From contig CATNEN010000001.1 in NCBI GenBank assembly GCA_950097015.1, positions 10,168,001 to 10,232,000 of the forward strand: a DNA stretch of 64,000 nucleotides, written 5' to 3'. The notes under the pieces are model-generated. The model did not search any database. It saw nothing but the letters and a program-made list of their open reading frames with translations, and was not told the origin of the DNA. The DNA is from Macrostomum hystrix (Eukaryota > Animalia > Platyhelminthes). The position numbers and the translations under genes are program-made. Positions 46,344 to 59,734 of this stretch are shown one piece after another. Positions within the stretch are counted from its first letter, which is position 1. Each line of letters begins with the position of its first letter.

Positions 46344-49300
46344 TGAAATAGCTGCGGGTTTGCAATCCGATGATCTGTCCTCGTGAAAGAAAGGAGTGTG
46401 GGGATGGCGATAGAGTCGGAAGTCATACCGCAAGGGCTCGCGAATTGCCGCGGAAAGAGGGATGAAGGGAGAGATGAAGGGAGAGACAGTGGATGCAGGG
46501 AGTGGTCCTCTCGGCCTCAGGCTGGCCAGTCCCACTCAACCCATAGGCCACAGGCATGACTGCCGTGCCTACCCCAAGCAGTGCTCGAAACCGGCTAAAA
46601 GTCTAAATAGATGTCGGACTACCCGCAAGCGGATAGGACAGGGCTAGGTAGCCTACTGTCATCAGTAGCATGTTCGTAACTGACTCCTAAACTTGGTAGC
46701 AGTGGTCGACTCGGCCTAGGCTCTTGTCTTAGAAATGCGGAAAGGCTATCGGCAAAGCGGAAAATGATCTAGGGTAGCGCCACCACCCAATGCGCCTACG
46801 TTGCCACCGCAGACATTTGGGAACTTGGGTCCCCGGAGCTCGCAGCTCCTAGTTTGTCACACAGATCTTAGACAAGCCGAAAAAATAGAGCCTTCTGTAA
46901 CTTCCGTTTTAGACTAGGGTGAAGACCCCAGAATGGATCGAGACACGCCTCACCAGGGGATTCCTGAATTTGCGCTACAGTGGTCTAGAAAGGTGGTACT
47001 CAGAACCTGAAAAAGAAACCCATAGCCAGAATCCTACTCATGAAACATCAGACACATTCTGTACATTAGGCTACAGCCTACGCATTAGATGACTAGCAAA
47101 TCCGAATCTGTGTGAGTTGAGGAAATCAGAGGCAGGAGAGGCTAAGCTGAACACTGGCTGAGTGATTATGCGAGCGTAAGATTAAAAGATCATCACCCCC
47201 CACTCCCTTGGCGGTGGAAGCGAGAGGGGGAACGGAAGGGAAACTCAATTGGCAGAGGAGCTCGACACGCACTCCCAGTTCCGCCAGGAAACGAGGAAAA
47301 CCCGCCAAGGAATTCCCCACCCCTGGGTAGAAAGGCAACACGTGCTACACCCCGCATTTTACTTGCAGATCCCTAGCTCCATATTACTCTCATGCGCGCT
47401 TACAATTGCCTTCCTGCCGCAGCTTTCAGCTCGGCTGTGCCAGAGCCCGCCCCCTAGGCGATTAGCCACTCATGACCGAGGGCTGTCTATTGATAAAATA
47501 AAAGTAAAAAGGAGACATAATAAAAGAAGTTAAGTTGTTATAAAGTTAAGCCCAATAAGTTAAAATGCTTAGATTAGATAGTTTATTAGGCGAAAAAGTT
47601 CCTAGCTTCCCTCCCACTAAATGCCGCCTAACTAATAGAAAGCCCCTTAGGAGCAATAATTGCAAACCGCTGCGCGGATTACTTATCTGGACGCTTCGGC
47701 CGCGTGCTGCAATCCCGTTGTTCTCGGGGAAGAGGATGGGGTAAGATAGTAAAAGCCGGGAAGGGAAAAATGCTGCGAGTCGGCAAGGGGCCAACACGCT
47801 TGGAGCTCAAAGGCTCAATTTAGAGCTCACCTAAGAGGTGGCTTGCGCTTAGGGAATGGGAACAGGCAATTGGCCTGCGCTAGCTGCGGAGCTATGAGCT
47901 CTAGGGTCTATGCCCTAAATGGGTCTGGGGGATAATCCTGGGTCCGGTGGGAGTCCGGCCCGGCAAAAGTAAGTCCGGCAGGGGAGAAAGGGAAGAGCCG
48001 GTGGGAGGAAAGAGGTCCTAGAGGGAGCAGCGCAGCGCGCTTTCTTAAATAGGCCTTGCAGCACGCCAACCCCGACATCCATCAAAGCAACCCACATTCG
48101 CGCCAGCCTGTCATCGAGGAATTGAAGCGGCGGTTGCCGCCCCAATTGCCCAATGAACCGGCGGCGGGAAACGACAGATGTTCTGCGCGAACAGCCGTCG
48201 GCAGTCAGCCAGCGATTGTTACTCCGCCGGGACAATGGGAAGCGCAGGCGCCGACCTGCCTACAGTGACATTTACATGTATCTAAAGGAGGGAGGTCATA
48301 AAGTCGAGCTGGGCTCGACTACTGTAAAGAAGAGGGGACATGAAGAATTTTACGATCACTCATAACGCGTGAGTGAGCCCCTATATCTGATCGCGGTTTG
48401 GAGGGGAATTATGACCTAAACTAGTTCATACAGTAACATTATGGCCGCGATCAGTCATTCCTACGGGGAGTCTAGACAACTCCGGAGAGAGAGGATTCGG
48501 CAGCTACTTGATTCACCGCCGCCTCAAACCCGGCCCTAAGATTAATGATCTTGTCTTGTGACCAGCTGCTATGTGGGTCGCAATTATTAGTTACTTAAAA
48601 ATTTGAAAAATTATGCTGGCTCACACTCCCACTCGATTCCCGCAGCACACTCCACATCACTCCACCTTCGCTCACTTTCACGTAAGACACTTACGTGCCT
48701 ACTGACAGTAGTAGCGGGGTGTCTCGAGAATCGAGGGGACAAAAAATTTACCTACAACATACCGTAGAGAACCCTAGGAAGAATTCCGCTAGAGAAGAAA
48801 TCCTAATGCGTACGTACGTACGGCTATAAATAGATTGGTGCGAGAGTATAAACGGTCGGCGCCCCTAGCGACTAAGGGATAGAGTCCTGAGGGGAGGTGG
48901 GTGCGCATTCCGGTCGCGGCGATGTTGTTCTCGTTGCCCAGGGGGTGCCTCGTCCCGGCCCGCCTTCTTCTCCAGGTGGTTGCAGCTCGTCCCAGTTCTC
49001 CCTGCCCGGCTTGGTCTCGGTTGCGCAATCCTGGGAGGCCCCGGCCGTCTTGCCTTGAGTCCGAGGGGTCCGGCCGTGCTCTCCCCAGGTGGGTCCAGGT
49101 TGTTCAGCCCGTTTGCGCCCTTGCCGATCCGGTTGCCGGGCCTTGGTGGCCTCTGATTCGCCGCGCGTCGGTGTTCACAGCTGGCCGTGCCCGAAAATGC
49201 TCGCCGGGCCGGGTGCCGAGCCGTTGCGCGCGGTCCGATCGGTGCTGCAGCTGGTCGCAGCCGGAGAAAACCGCTGCTCAGGCCGCTCAGTTACGCTGCT

Positions 49301-52300
49301 GCCGGCCGCGATATCTCCTCACCGAAAAATCAAGGCCCCAATAACTAAACTACAACTATGGCCCCCCTTACTCATGGAATTTCCCACGATCCTTCCCGAG
49401 CCTTCCTATTGGCTGGCGCCCCGGCCACCAAAACCCCTAGCCAAACTGTTACAAAAATAATAGCCACTTGATGCTCCATTGACTTCAGGCCTGTTATTCC
49501 TGTAAATTTCGCCTGTAAATCGTAAACTTGACCAAAATGCGCCTAACCAACTCTGCCATCCTTCCGCTTGCTGAGGTGCCAGCCCCGGCCCCGCATCTGC
49601 CTGGAGAAGAAAGGTGAGTTATATTGCTTCTACTCGGCCTTCCAAGGCCGGTTATGGAGGGGTTATTCAAAAGTGATTGAACGATAATTAGGCTAGCTAG
49701 GATAATTACAGCAGTTCCCGGCACCCCCATCCTGATTCTTATCTATGATTGATCTTAACCCAAACCCGGATCCCTCAGCCCGCTAAGTTGAGAAATCCCA
49801 GTGAAATCCTAAGTTAGAGTTAAATTGAGTTTGAATCGTAAACATTGCGCGAATCGGCTATCATTGTTATCGAGTACTACGATCCTGCCCTCCTACTTTC
49901 AGAGAGGCCGTGCCGCAGCCACCCATGAAAATTACCTTCGCCATTGGTAAGTTGCCGCGATTCGGTTTTACCCCTGATCTCTAATTTAAACCACCATCTG
50001 ACATTCTCACCTGAGAAAGACCGCCTTTGACTATTCCTCAACGAAAGATCACTGAATTCCTACACCCACCCTCCGCCATAACTACTCAACTATTCACTTA
50101 TTAATGGAATAAAACCTATTCCACCTTCCACAGATATAGAAGTAGCGCCCGGCGTTCTCGTCGCCGCTGGGGGGTGCATGGGCAAGGCCCTAGTGGGCTC
50201 GCTGGGCCGGGCCGCGATGGCCGGCCTGTTCGTTACCGCAGGAGCGGTATTATTAGCCTGCCTCCGCCAGCGCCAGTAAAAGGCGCCGAGGAAGAACGAT
50301 TTAAGTTTTCGGGAGTTTTTTTACAAAGACTTTGACTCCCAGCGCTATTGTACATAACCCCAAGCTATACCTTCCCTACAATTCCCCCTGTTTACTAGGG
50401 CCGGCCGCCCTTATGCTGTACGACATTAGTTATCTGTTTGGTTTGCTCGCCATTTGGTTTTGACCAAAAAAAATGCGTATATACGCTACTAATAATATAT
50501 ATATCCCGAAGGAGAAACGGTGATGTGTGCTGATTACATGATTTCTCTGGCTGGTTTCCTTGATTTAAAAGATCGGTGCTACATGCTTAGAGAATTCTAA
50601 AGAACAACGCGTCATTCCCAGTTTACATCTAAAGCGAGCTCCCTCAATAATAATAAGGTGGACATGGAACTAATCGAAAAATTACAACAGAGAGGCTTGC
50701 TTAGGTGCCCGCAGTCTAGTGGATTCATCTACGTAAACAACCCTGTCCTTTTCGCTGTGCCCTCATTCACTTCTCACCTCCCTTAGAAAAGGAGCCACCA
50801 TTGAAATACTCTGCCTTCCAAACCAATAAGAAAACCTCCCTCAGCCTGAGCTAAATGCCTGCCAGTTCCCTGTTCAAACACCCACCCCATTCCAAACTTA
50901 GAGTGCCTATCATACCACCCCGCTCACTTTGGCGGGTTGGTATCCCTCCTAGTATAGAAATCTGTCCCCAGATGAACCAACTCCACGGCCCACCCGAAAC
51001 AAAGCGATATAGAGGGTGCCATTCACAATGTGGTGCGAGTAATTTTAAATGTTTGAGAAAAGAAGGGTGCACGCCCTAGACTGCTGCAGTTAGAAATTAT
51101 CTCAAACGAAAAGCTTACTAGGGAGTTTCACCCCACTATGTATGTTTTTGGGTTTTTGACTAAAATTGTAAGAGTTTTTAGAATAAGATTTTTGTGCCAA
51201 GACGGCTTTTAAATGAGAGAAGGGAAAAGCATGCACAGTAGGAAGAAAAACAAGAGGTGCGCGGTGCGAGCTGTTAATAACGGGAAAAAGGATGGGGAGA
51301 ACAAGGGAAGGATTTGGCGGGTAGGGCTTACCATGGATACCTCTCGCGCATTATCATGCTCCATTCGGATTCTAAAGATCCTATCCTCCTATTCTTCCTT
51401 AATGGGCGTACTCTCCACTATGTCCCCACTATCACCTTCAATCTGTCTCACCATGCGGCCGAGCGTGCTGTCGCCTGGTGGCGTCTCCTCGATGGTTGAC
51501 GCTTCCACTGCCCAGCTATGCCATGGCGTGGAGGCTAGCCCGGAAGATTGCCTCCAGACGGCTTCGCCAACTAGCTCTCCCACCAGCTGGTGCTCGAGAT
51601 CCCACCTGCCAGGTATCCGGGTAGCCTGTAGCCAGGACATGAGGGCTTCGGGCACCGCCATGCCCCAGTCTTCTGGCGGACAGTAATGCGGCCACCGGAG
51701 ATTCCAAGGCAGGGTCTCCTCGTCCTCACCTCTTGGCGGGCTCGGGTCCCGTTCCTCGACCCTAGCCACAGGCGGACCATAATCCAGGTACTCCTGCCGG
51801 CCAACTCTCGCCGATAGTCGGTGGCGACCGTCTCCAGCCACCAGGCCACAGTGATGCTCAGGCCAGCCATGTCGACAATCTCTGTTAAAATGAACTGACT
51901 GCGTCCCTTCTAAACTTCCCGGCTCCCCCACTAACCTCCAGTCTAAATATCCCCAAGGGGGGAGAGGGGGGGAAGGAAAGGGGAGGGGAGTTCCTCAGCC
52001 CTAAAAGGCAGGCTTCCGCCTGAGCGAGAAAGGGATGGATTGGCTGTAGATTATTAGATTTCGCGAGTCAAAATCGAGAATGGCGTGATGGTGAGCCAAC
52101 CAGGAGGCGCCTAGCAGGGGAGAGCAGTCGCCCTCGACCACAAGGAATAGAGTATCCAGTGCTTCGTCCGGCAGGGGAGAAAGGGAAGAGCCGGTGGGAG
52201 GAAAGAGGTCCTAGAGGGAGCAGCGCAGCGCGCTTTCTTAAATAGGCCTTGCAGCACGCCAACCCCGAAATCCATCAAAGCAACCCACATTCGCGCCAGC

Positions 52301-52852
52301 CTGTCATCGAGGAATTGAAGCGGCGATTGCCGCCCCAATTTCCCAATGAACCGGCGGCGGGAAACGACAGATGTTCTGCGCGAACAGCCGTCGGCAGTCA
52401 GCCAGCGATTGTTACTCCGCCGGGACAATGGGAAGCGCAGGCGCCGACCTGCCTACAGTGACATTTACATGTATCTAAAGGAGGGAGGTCATAAAGTCGA
52501 GCTGGGCTCGACTACTGTAAAGAAGAGGGGACATGAAGAATTTTACGATCACTCATAACGCGTGAGTGAGCCCCTATATCTGATCGCGGTTTGGAGGGGA
52601 ATTATGACCTAAACTAGTTCATACAGTAACATTATGGCCGCGATCAGTCATTCCTACGGGGAGTCTAGACAACTCCGGAGAGAGAGGATTCGGCAGCTAC
52701 TTGATTCACCGCCGCCTCAAACCCGGCCCTAAGATTAATGATCTTGTCTTGTGACCAGCTGCTATGTGGGTCGCAATTATTAGTTACTTAAAAATTTGAA
52801 AAATTATGCTGGCTCACACTCCCACTCGATTCCCGCAGCACACTCCACATCA
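46344..52852 (-). mobile_element. LARD-like non-autonomous LTR element with a ~2.3-kb LTR
   Basis: TSD TTAG (46340-46343 / 52853-52856). 3' LTR 46344-48659 with adjacent PPT GAAAGTGAGCGAAGGTGGAG. 5' LTR remnant 52166-52852 is nearly identical to 47973-48659. No gag or pol motifs. Confidence 0.87.
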
Positions 52853-53235
52853 TTAGGCCATTTCTGCGCGTCATAATGAACGACGTTGCCGCTAAATACC
52901 TTTCACTGACAAAAACGCACATGAATAATTCGGAATTGATGATCTTTTCCCGTGCAGTCGTTGCCAGGTTTCCTATCCTGGCTGATGCAGGCACAAGTAG
53001 TGGGCATGTTTTCTGGCGTCTTGCTTTTCGGAGACGTGTCAAGTTTTGGCGTGAGAAGATTTTTAGAAAGAACAGCAAAGAGAACGACGACATTGAAAAT
53101 GATACTCCTACTCCAGATTCGGTCCTACAAATGCGGGAGAAGTTTGGTCGCAGAGGAGTAAAAAGACTTGCAACAGCGGGACCTTCGTGTAGGCAAAAAT
53201 CAAAAGTCCTGAAGAGAGCTGTCGTTTGTGTGCAG

Positions 53236-53385
53236 GATGACGATGAAGAGATCGAGGAGGAGGAGGAGGAGGATGAAGAGATCGAGGAGGAGGAGGATGA
53301 TGATGAAGAGATCGAGGAGGAGGAGGAGGAGGATGAAGAGATCGAGGAGGAGGAGGATGAAGAGATCGAGGAGGCGGATGAAGAT
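53236..53385 (+). repeat. GAG/GAT-rich repeat encoding acidic DEEIEEEEE units
   Basis: Direct inspection. Confidence 0.9.
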
Positions 53386-53555
53386 GCCAACAATCCCACC
53401 TCCTAAGACAATCCGTGTACAACCAATTCTCATCAGGACAAGGGCAGCAGGTAAAATATATATTATTGCCTTGCAATCTGACAGTTTAACTCAAAGCTAA
53501 CCTACAGTAAAAAATAATTGTTTCTCACTAATCCGCAGGAGAAGAGCTGCTGCTG

Positions 53556-53820
53556 CTCCACGCTCGACCCGAGACGGTGCCACTCCACGCTTAACTCGGG
53601 ACGGCGACGCTCCACGCTCCGCCCAGGATGGCGGCACTCCTCGCTCGACTCGGGACGGCGCCACTCCACGCTCAACTCGGGACGGCGCCACTCCACGCTC
53701 AACTCGGGACGGCGACGCTCCACGCTCCGCCCAGGACGGCGGCACTCCTCGCTCGACTCGGGACGGCGCCACTCCACGCTCAACTCGGGACGGCGGCACT
53801 CCACGCTCGACTCGGGACAG
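53556..53820 (+). repeat. 27-bp coding minisatellite (TPRSTRDGA)n, ~10 units
   Basis: Unit ctccacgctcaactcgggacggcgcca, in frame with the downstream ORF at 53834. Confidence 0.9.
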
Positions 53821-56529
53821 TGCAAGTCCTTGCTTGGATGAAGATAAGGAAGAAAAGGCAAGTGACCTGGCATCCTGCATTGCACCGGAAAGCCATGCTC
53901 AATTTGGCAGCAACTGTCTTCGGGAAAAAATGGCCATGGCGGTCGAATCCAATGGTCGTCTGCTAGTTCCATTGGCGGATGCTGCAGATCTGCTGGAAAA
54001 GAGTTTTTCTGAGCGCATTAAAGCTGCCCAAAAAATGGGCATCGCCGAACAGTTAATGGAGTATCCATTACTTTGTAACGGAACTCTTCTGGCGCAAGAA
54101 GCTCTTCGAGTCGTTGGTCTTTATGCGAAAACGCCCAACTCCGATTACAGCAGTCCGACGCCATGCGACTTTTTGCTGACGAGCTACAGCGAAAGAAGCT
54201 GTCCAGTATTTGTAGCTGGTTGTGCAGCAACTCGGATCTTTTTAGACGATGCGCAAGGGCCCAAGAGTTCTTAAAGCCGGAGAGCGAAGACGATGTTGTC
54301 AAGTTCGGCTTCATGCTGCTCTGCATCAAGGCGCAGATAAAAAAATTGCGGGTCTTTTTTGACGCGAATAAGCTTGTGCACTTTTACGTCCAGGAAAACG
54401 TCTTCTGGGGCGTAAAAGTGGCTGGGATCGCCATAAATTGCGCAAAAAACTCAAGCTTGTATGCCATTCAATCATTTGTAATGATTTTTGTCGCCTTAAA
54501 TTTACGCCATCACAAGAGCACTGAAAATGCGATCGAGTTGCTCGAAATTCTTTTCGGCTTTCGAAAGAGAAAGACAAGGGATCCAACCAGTCGGTGCGTG
54601 GCATTCTTAAAATTCTGCCTTTTTAAGTGTAACTTATGAACTTCTGAAGTATTGTTTATCGGACTTAAACGATGAGTTTCAAAAGTAAGGTAACGAGAGT
54701 TTTGCTATAACTTTTGCAAAAACCGTATTTTTGTATCTCGAGGTGTTGACTTTAATTTTGGAAATCTCTGGCGCATGATGACTCAGAGTTGAAACTGAAG
54801 CTGTACGTTGCTTAATGATGTGACAAAGTATTGGGTAAAAAATTCTAGTTGATAAGTTATCCATTCAAAAGTAATACTAAACTTTCATTACTATTCTCGA
54901 AACGCCCCCTCGCAATACTATTAACCGTTTCACTGTTCTGGAAAAATGTTTCTGATATGTGTAAGTACTACTTGCAATATTTATCTTTAATTAATTTAGT
55001 AAAAACCTTCTGTATATCGTGTATTATTCTTTGTAATGTTTATAGCCTTAGTTAAAATTTTAATTGTAAGTTTGTAATTTGAAATCGTAATTGTAGTTTG
55101 AAAAATTTTAAAGTAAAATCTTTTTATCCCAGCCATCCCAGCCACTTCTATATCGTGCATTATTTTTGTAATTATTATAAACTTTCATTGAAATTCTAAT
55201 TGTAATTTAGTTTTTTTAATTATTATTAAATAAAAGCTTCAAAATAAATAAAGGTAGCAATCGACTAGACTTTCAACCAAAGTAACAAATTGAGCACAGA
55301 AAACTGAGCATATGATTTGCTATGCTTAAATAACTAACATCACAAACGTCTTTTAAGACAAGAATTTCACTTGATTTCAAACAATTGGTTATTGCAGCCA
55401 ATGGCATACGTTTTGCATAAGTAGCCGATTAGTAGACCGCACACTGAATCGTTTCGGCCACCATTCGGCCATCTACCTTCGGCCACTTTTGTGGCCACTT
55501 AAGTGGCCGTACGGTAGACCTATTTTGAACTTTTTGGGCCACCATTGGGCTACCTGCTTTTGGCCACCCTTCGGCCACTTTTTCGGCCACTTTTAATTTA
55601 CAGTGTAGCTAGGATCTAGTCTCGAAAATAAAAGAAGTCTCAATTACTTTCCTGAAGTCGAATTTCCATTCCAAAGGATTTGTGGATAAAAAAGTGCAAT
55701 GCTTTTAAGGTCAACCTTTACCGACATCTGAACACGTTCGGTGCATTCAGAGCGTTCGAGCACTTTGTCGATGACATACGTTGGTCAGCAAAGGTGGACT
55801 GCCCTGCATGCTCTGTTGTATGTGCTACCAAATGGTTTATATAAACGGATTTCATTTTATATGTACATTGCATTTCCTTGTTATGCCATTAGAACGGTTG
55901 AGTAGTTGCCTCACACATTCCTTATTTACTTTTTTAAATACTCTTTGTAGCAGCCTGATTGCAATGAAAGTCAACCGTGTTTACTTCTACTTGATGGTTG
56001 CTTTGGAATTCGTCCTCGAAAAACCGCAGGGGGTGAGGACCTTTTGGTGGCTTCAAAACGGAAATCTTTTAAAATGTTGATTTTCAGAAAAAAAACTGAG
56101 CCCACAGAAGAACACTGAAGAGACTGCCACATCTAATCCATTGAGACAGCCTCATCGTAAATAAATTAAAAATTAATTTAAAAAGGAGTAAAAAATTCCA
56201 GGATTTTGCGACACCTTGTGAGAAGCCGTTCTGCACAGAACTCTGACCTAGCCCACTCTGCTCGAAAACAAAGCGGTTGAGAAATAGACAAGCGCAGCTT
56301 TTGATAGTTCAATAGAATGTATTTGCAAAAGCGCAAGAGTCAGATCTTACCGGGCCATGAAGTGTGATGAATCTCCGAACTAGCTAGAATGGCGGGAAAG
56401 GCAGACAAGTCAGCACTGATTAATATGTCTGGGCTGGTAAAATCGATAAAGGGAGGGAGGGAGGGAGGGAGAGAGGGGGTGGGGTACACCACAGACCGCT
56501 GAGCATTGAACTAGGAAGTCTAGTTTAGT

Positions 56530-56668
56530 CTAGTTCCGCTCCCGCCCACCCCTCCCTTAATGTGCACAGGGCAGGCCCACAGTGCCTCTCAATATCTCTA
56601 GTTCCGCTCACGCCCACCCCTCCCTTAATGTGCACAGAGCAGGCCCACAGTGCCTCTCAATATCTCTA
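56530..56668. repeat. 68-bp tandem duplication
   Basis: ctagttccgctc...tcaatatct occurs at 56530 and 56598. Confidence 0.9.
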
Positions 56669-58424
56669 GCCACCTAACGGCCCTGGACTGGCCTGCCCCA
56701 GCTCACGGTTAAAATTAGACGGCTAGTCCAGGTCACCTCACCGTGCCATAAGTCCGGCTAGACGAATGCAGCTCATGAGCTCCCTGTACGCATCCTCAAC
56801 TACAAACCCCATGATGAAGCGTGGTTGGCTGGAAGGGGTTATTTATGCGAACTTGGGAACGAACCAGACGATGGTGCCATTTTCCCTATTTGAGCTGTGG
56901 ACAAAGGGGAACGAACCGATTTTCCTCTTCCCACCAAAACTCGAATAGTAAAGAGCTCGTCGAGTCAAAACTTCGAATCTAATTCTACATCCTATTACTA
57001 GCTAGAATTGTTAAATAGAAACCTTTTTAATTAGCTAGTGAAACTAAGAACTGACAGGTAAGTCAGGTTTAGGTGCCCATGTCGGTTTAATATTTTCCTA
57101 TTTGTAATAATGTATTGTGAGAGTTTCTGGCATGTCAAAATCAATCCATATTTGTTACTGCTGTATCATAATCTACATAGTTTTCTGGAAATTTCTGGTA
57201 TTATAAATATTACTGTCAATATTAAGAGTAGTAATAGCTCATTAATGCTGCCTGCTAAACAAGCTTTTCATGCAGATCTAAACAGTGGCATGCATAGCCT
57301 AGAAATCCATTCCAGGGGTCATTACTGTCTCGGGTGTCACGGCAAGCTCATGCTGATAATTTTCGCTAATTTTTGGTGCTCAGAATTCTGATGGGAATTC
57401 TAATTCTAATGGGGCTCCAACCCCTCAGCCACAGATCGTCACAGCGTCACCTATCCTATATGCAGAGGATAGGCCACCTCTCCCATCCAAATGCACGCTC
57501 TCCTATTTCCCCTGTGTAAGGCAGATTTCTGGTAACCCATACTACTAGTGTTCGGCTACTGGTAGCTAGTATGACCCCCTCGCCTACGACATTCAGATCA
57601 AGGTGTCAAATCTTAGATAGTCCAACTCTTAATCAGTGCACGCACACCTGCAGCCCGGAGAAATATGTAACATGCCCTGTGGCCTGTGACCTGTTAAGAG
57701 TTCATTCAAGGAAGTGAATATTTCAGTCAAACCAATACAGAAAAGTTGCAACACAGACTACTAGATGAGGAGTAGTATCAACTGTCAGTCGTTTTTACTC
57801 TGCATCTGGCGCAGGAGAAAATGGGAATGACGAAGAGATCGGGAGAGAGAGCAGATGAAAAAAGCGCTGGAAAGCGGCAGAATTTGAATGTAATTGAAAG
57901 TTAGAAACAGGAACAGCCTCTATTTTTCAAAGCCAGTGTGTTAAATATAAGGAAAATGCCTGACCATAGCGGGCATGTCTCCTCGAGGCTGATGCAGAGA
58001 GGAGAATCTGAGAAGAGAATCACATGGAATCGAGTCCTCGTTTAATTATTGGTATTAGCATGTAGCATTAATAGAATGGGACCATATGGGCCAAAAACCT
58101 GTTTATAAAAAATGAGGGCCATTGCATTTGAATTCACATTGAACTGTAACTTTCACAAAAGCAATCAAAACTTTTATAGATATTAACTCACATACTCGTC
58201 CAAAGAGTCGAGCTGCAGGCTGACAGTAGCTAGCTTTGAGCGCAAAAGTATTGCAGTCACTTGAGGCTTGCCACAACTTCGGCCACAAGGCGTGGATGTA
58301 TGCGTCCATCGCCGCTTCCGACTCCTGCAGCCGGGCAAGCTGACCCACAGTGAGACGAAGTGCGTCCGCGAAGGGTTCCAGCGTTCGGAAGTCGACGTCG
58401 TTGAGACGCGTTATTTATTTAAAC

Positions 58425-58463
58425 TGCCGACGCGTTTCGTCCAGAGTGGACATCTTCAGGGCA
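58425..58463 (-). ncRNA. Minimal type I hammerhead ribozyme, second copy
   Basis: Reverse-complement copy with stem II loop actct. Confidence 0.83.
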
Positions 58464-58610
58464 AACGAACCATAAAAAAACACACAACCGAAAATGTATT
58501 TAAATTAAATCGAAAAATATTGAGCGAACAAATTGGCAAGAGATATTTGTTCGCTCAATATTTTTCGATTTAATTTAAATACATTTTCGGTTGTGTTTTT
58601 ATGGTTCGTT

Positions 58611-58649
58611 TGCCCTGAAGATGTCCGCTCTGGACGAAACGCGTCGGCA
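58611..58649 (+). ncRNA. Minimal type I hammerhead ribozyme (Penelope-type)
   Basis: Stem I TGCC/GGCA, core CTGAAGA, stem II GTCC-gctct-GGAC, GAAA, palindromic mini stem III ACGCGT. Cleavage triplet GTC ends at 58645. Confidence 0.85.
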
Positions 58650-59734
58650 GTTTAAATAAATAATAAATGTTTGTCTTGACGTTTGCTCTTTTGCTAATTT
58701 TAAAGCGAGCTACACTACCACAATACACATTCTTGTTGGGTTGATGATACATTACCCTATAGATGACAGATGTTAGACTTTGGTTCCAATTGTCTTCTTT
58801 CACCACTCCAAGTGACCTATGAAGTGGGTGCAAATTGGCAAGTATACCAAACTGACCATACCATTTTTGGAATTGGATATACAATAGTCAATTAGTTTAC
58901 TTTGGATTACATATTCCACTAATTATCAATTCAATCATAGAATTAAGCCCTGCGGAATTTTTAGGGCTACAGAAAAAAGACCAAACAGCAATGGCAACAC
59001 TAGTCCTTGATCCTAGGCTCCCAGCTCATAGATCCCATATACCAGTAGTTGCTTGGAAATCTTAATAAGAATTTATATTCCTGGGTCCCAATTTCATTTA
59101 GAATAATGCATTGCTTCTATACAATTATGACGAGTGGCCAGCCAATAAGCTATGCGTATAGACCCACTATCTTCTTATATACTAAAAATGAAATGGTTGC
59201 TTGGTTGCTTGTAATTGATTTTCTCCCGAACGGCTCAACCGATTTTCACCATTTCTTCACCAAAATATGTCAAATATGGGCAGAATTTTACACGTATTTT
59301 TAATAAGCTTAACTTCATTGTTAAGGGGATTAAATATTCGAAAAACTGTTTTAGATAGGATTTTTAATGCATTTCATCAGAGCCAGTTTTGTCAACGTGC
59401 ATTCCACTGCCAATTTTAATGATTGCATCAGGGCCAGTTTTGTTAATAGTGAGTACATTTAATGATTGCATCAGGGCCAGTTTTGTTAATAGTGAGTACA
59501 CTGATAAGAATTTCACTGTGTCAAATGTACATAGCTATGTCAACCCCACTGGCGAGACAGTCAGTGCGAATTTATAAATAGATTACATCACAGCTTTTCT
59601 CACCCGTGTGTGTGATTTGAATAGGTAAAATGTGCATAGCAGACTTCAATTCAACGATATATTGAGACATCTACTACTTTCTTACTACAACATATAAATC
59701 ATCAAATCTTTAACAAAATTTCAATCGAGAAAAG

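Larger units (their letters stand above)
45984..54639 (+). pseudogene. EnSpm accessory ORF2 (SAMD3-like type), split by an LTR element
   Basis: Removing 46344-52856 restores the frame (TSFV-RPFLRVIM). Contains FPILADAGTSSGHVFW, a polyE tract and an intron at ~53451-53538. Confidence 0.65.
43547..55605 (+). mobile_element. CMC/EnSpm (CACTG-ended) DNA transposon, internally deleted
   Basis: Termini CACTGTAA...TTACAGTG, 2-bp TSD TA, and subterminal GTGGCC/GGCCAC repeats at both ends. Confidence 0.9.
42275..56330 (+). pseudogene. KDZ (Kyakuja-Dileera-Zisupton)-type transposase remnant, split by the EnSpm element
   Basis: CxC cluster CQLC...CNMC...HRHNPLHVVEQW (42530-42660), CRC...LGYWP (~43320-43370), and after the insertion DCPAC and LLDGCFGIR (55790-56020). 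Confidence 0.55.
58411..58663. mobile_element. Inverted pair of Penelope-like pLTR fragments forming a ~250-bp palindrome
   Basis: Arms of ~120 bp, near-perfect, with an ~11-nt spacer. Each arm carries a minimal hammerhead. Confidence 0.8.

Noticed and set aside
56360-58060. Possible further LTR-element remnant
   Set aside because: No paired LTR, TSD, PBS or protein motif could be identified.
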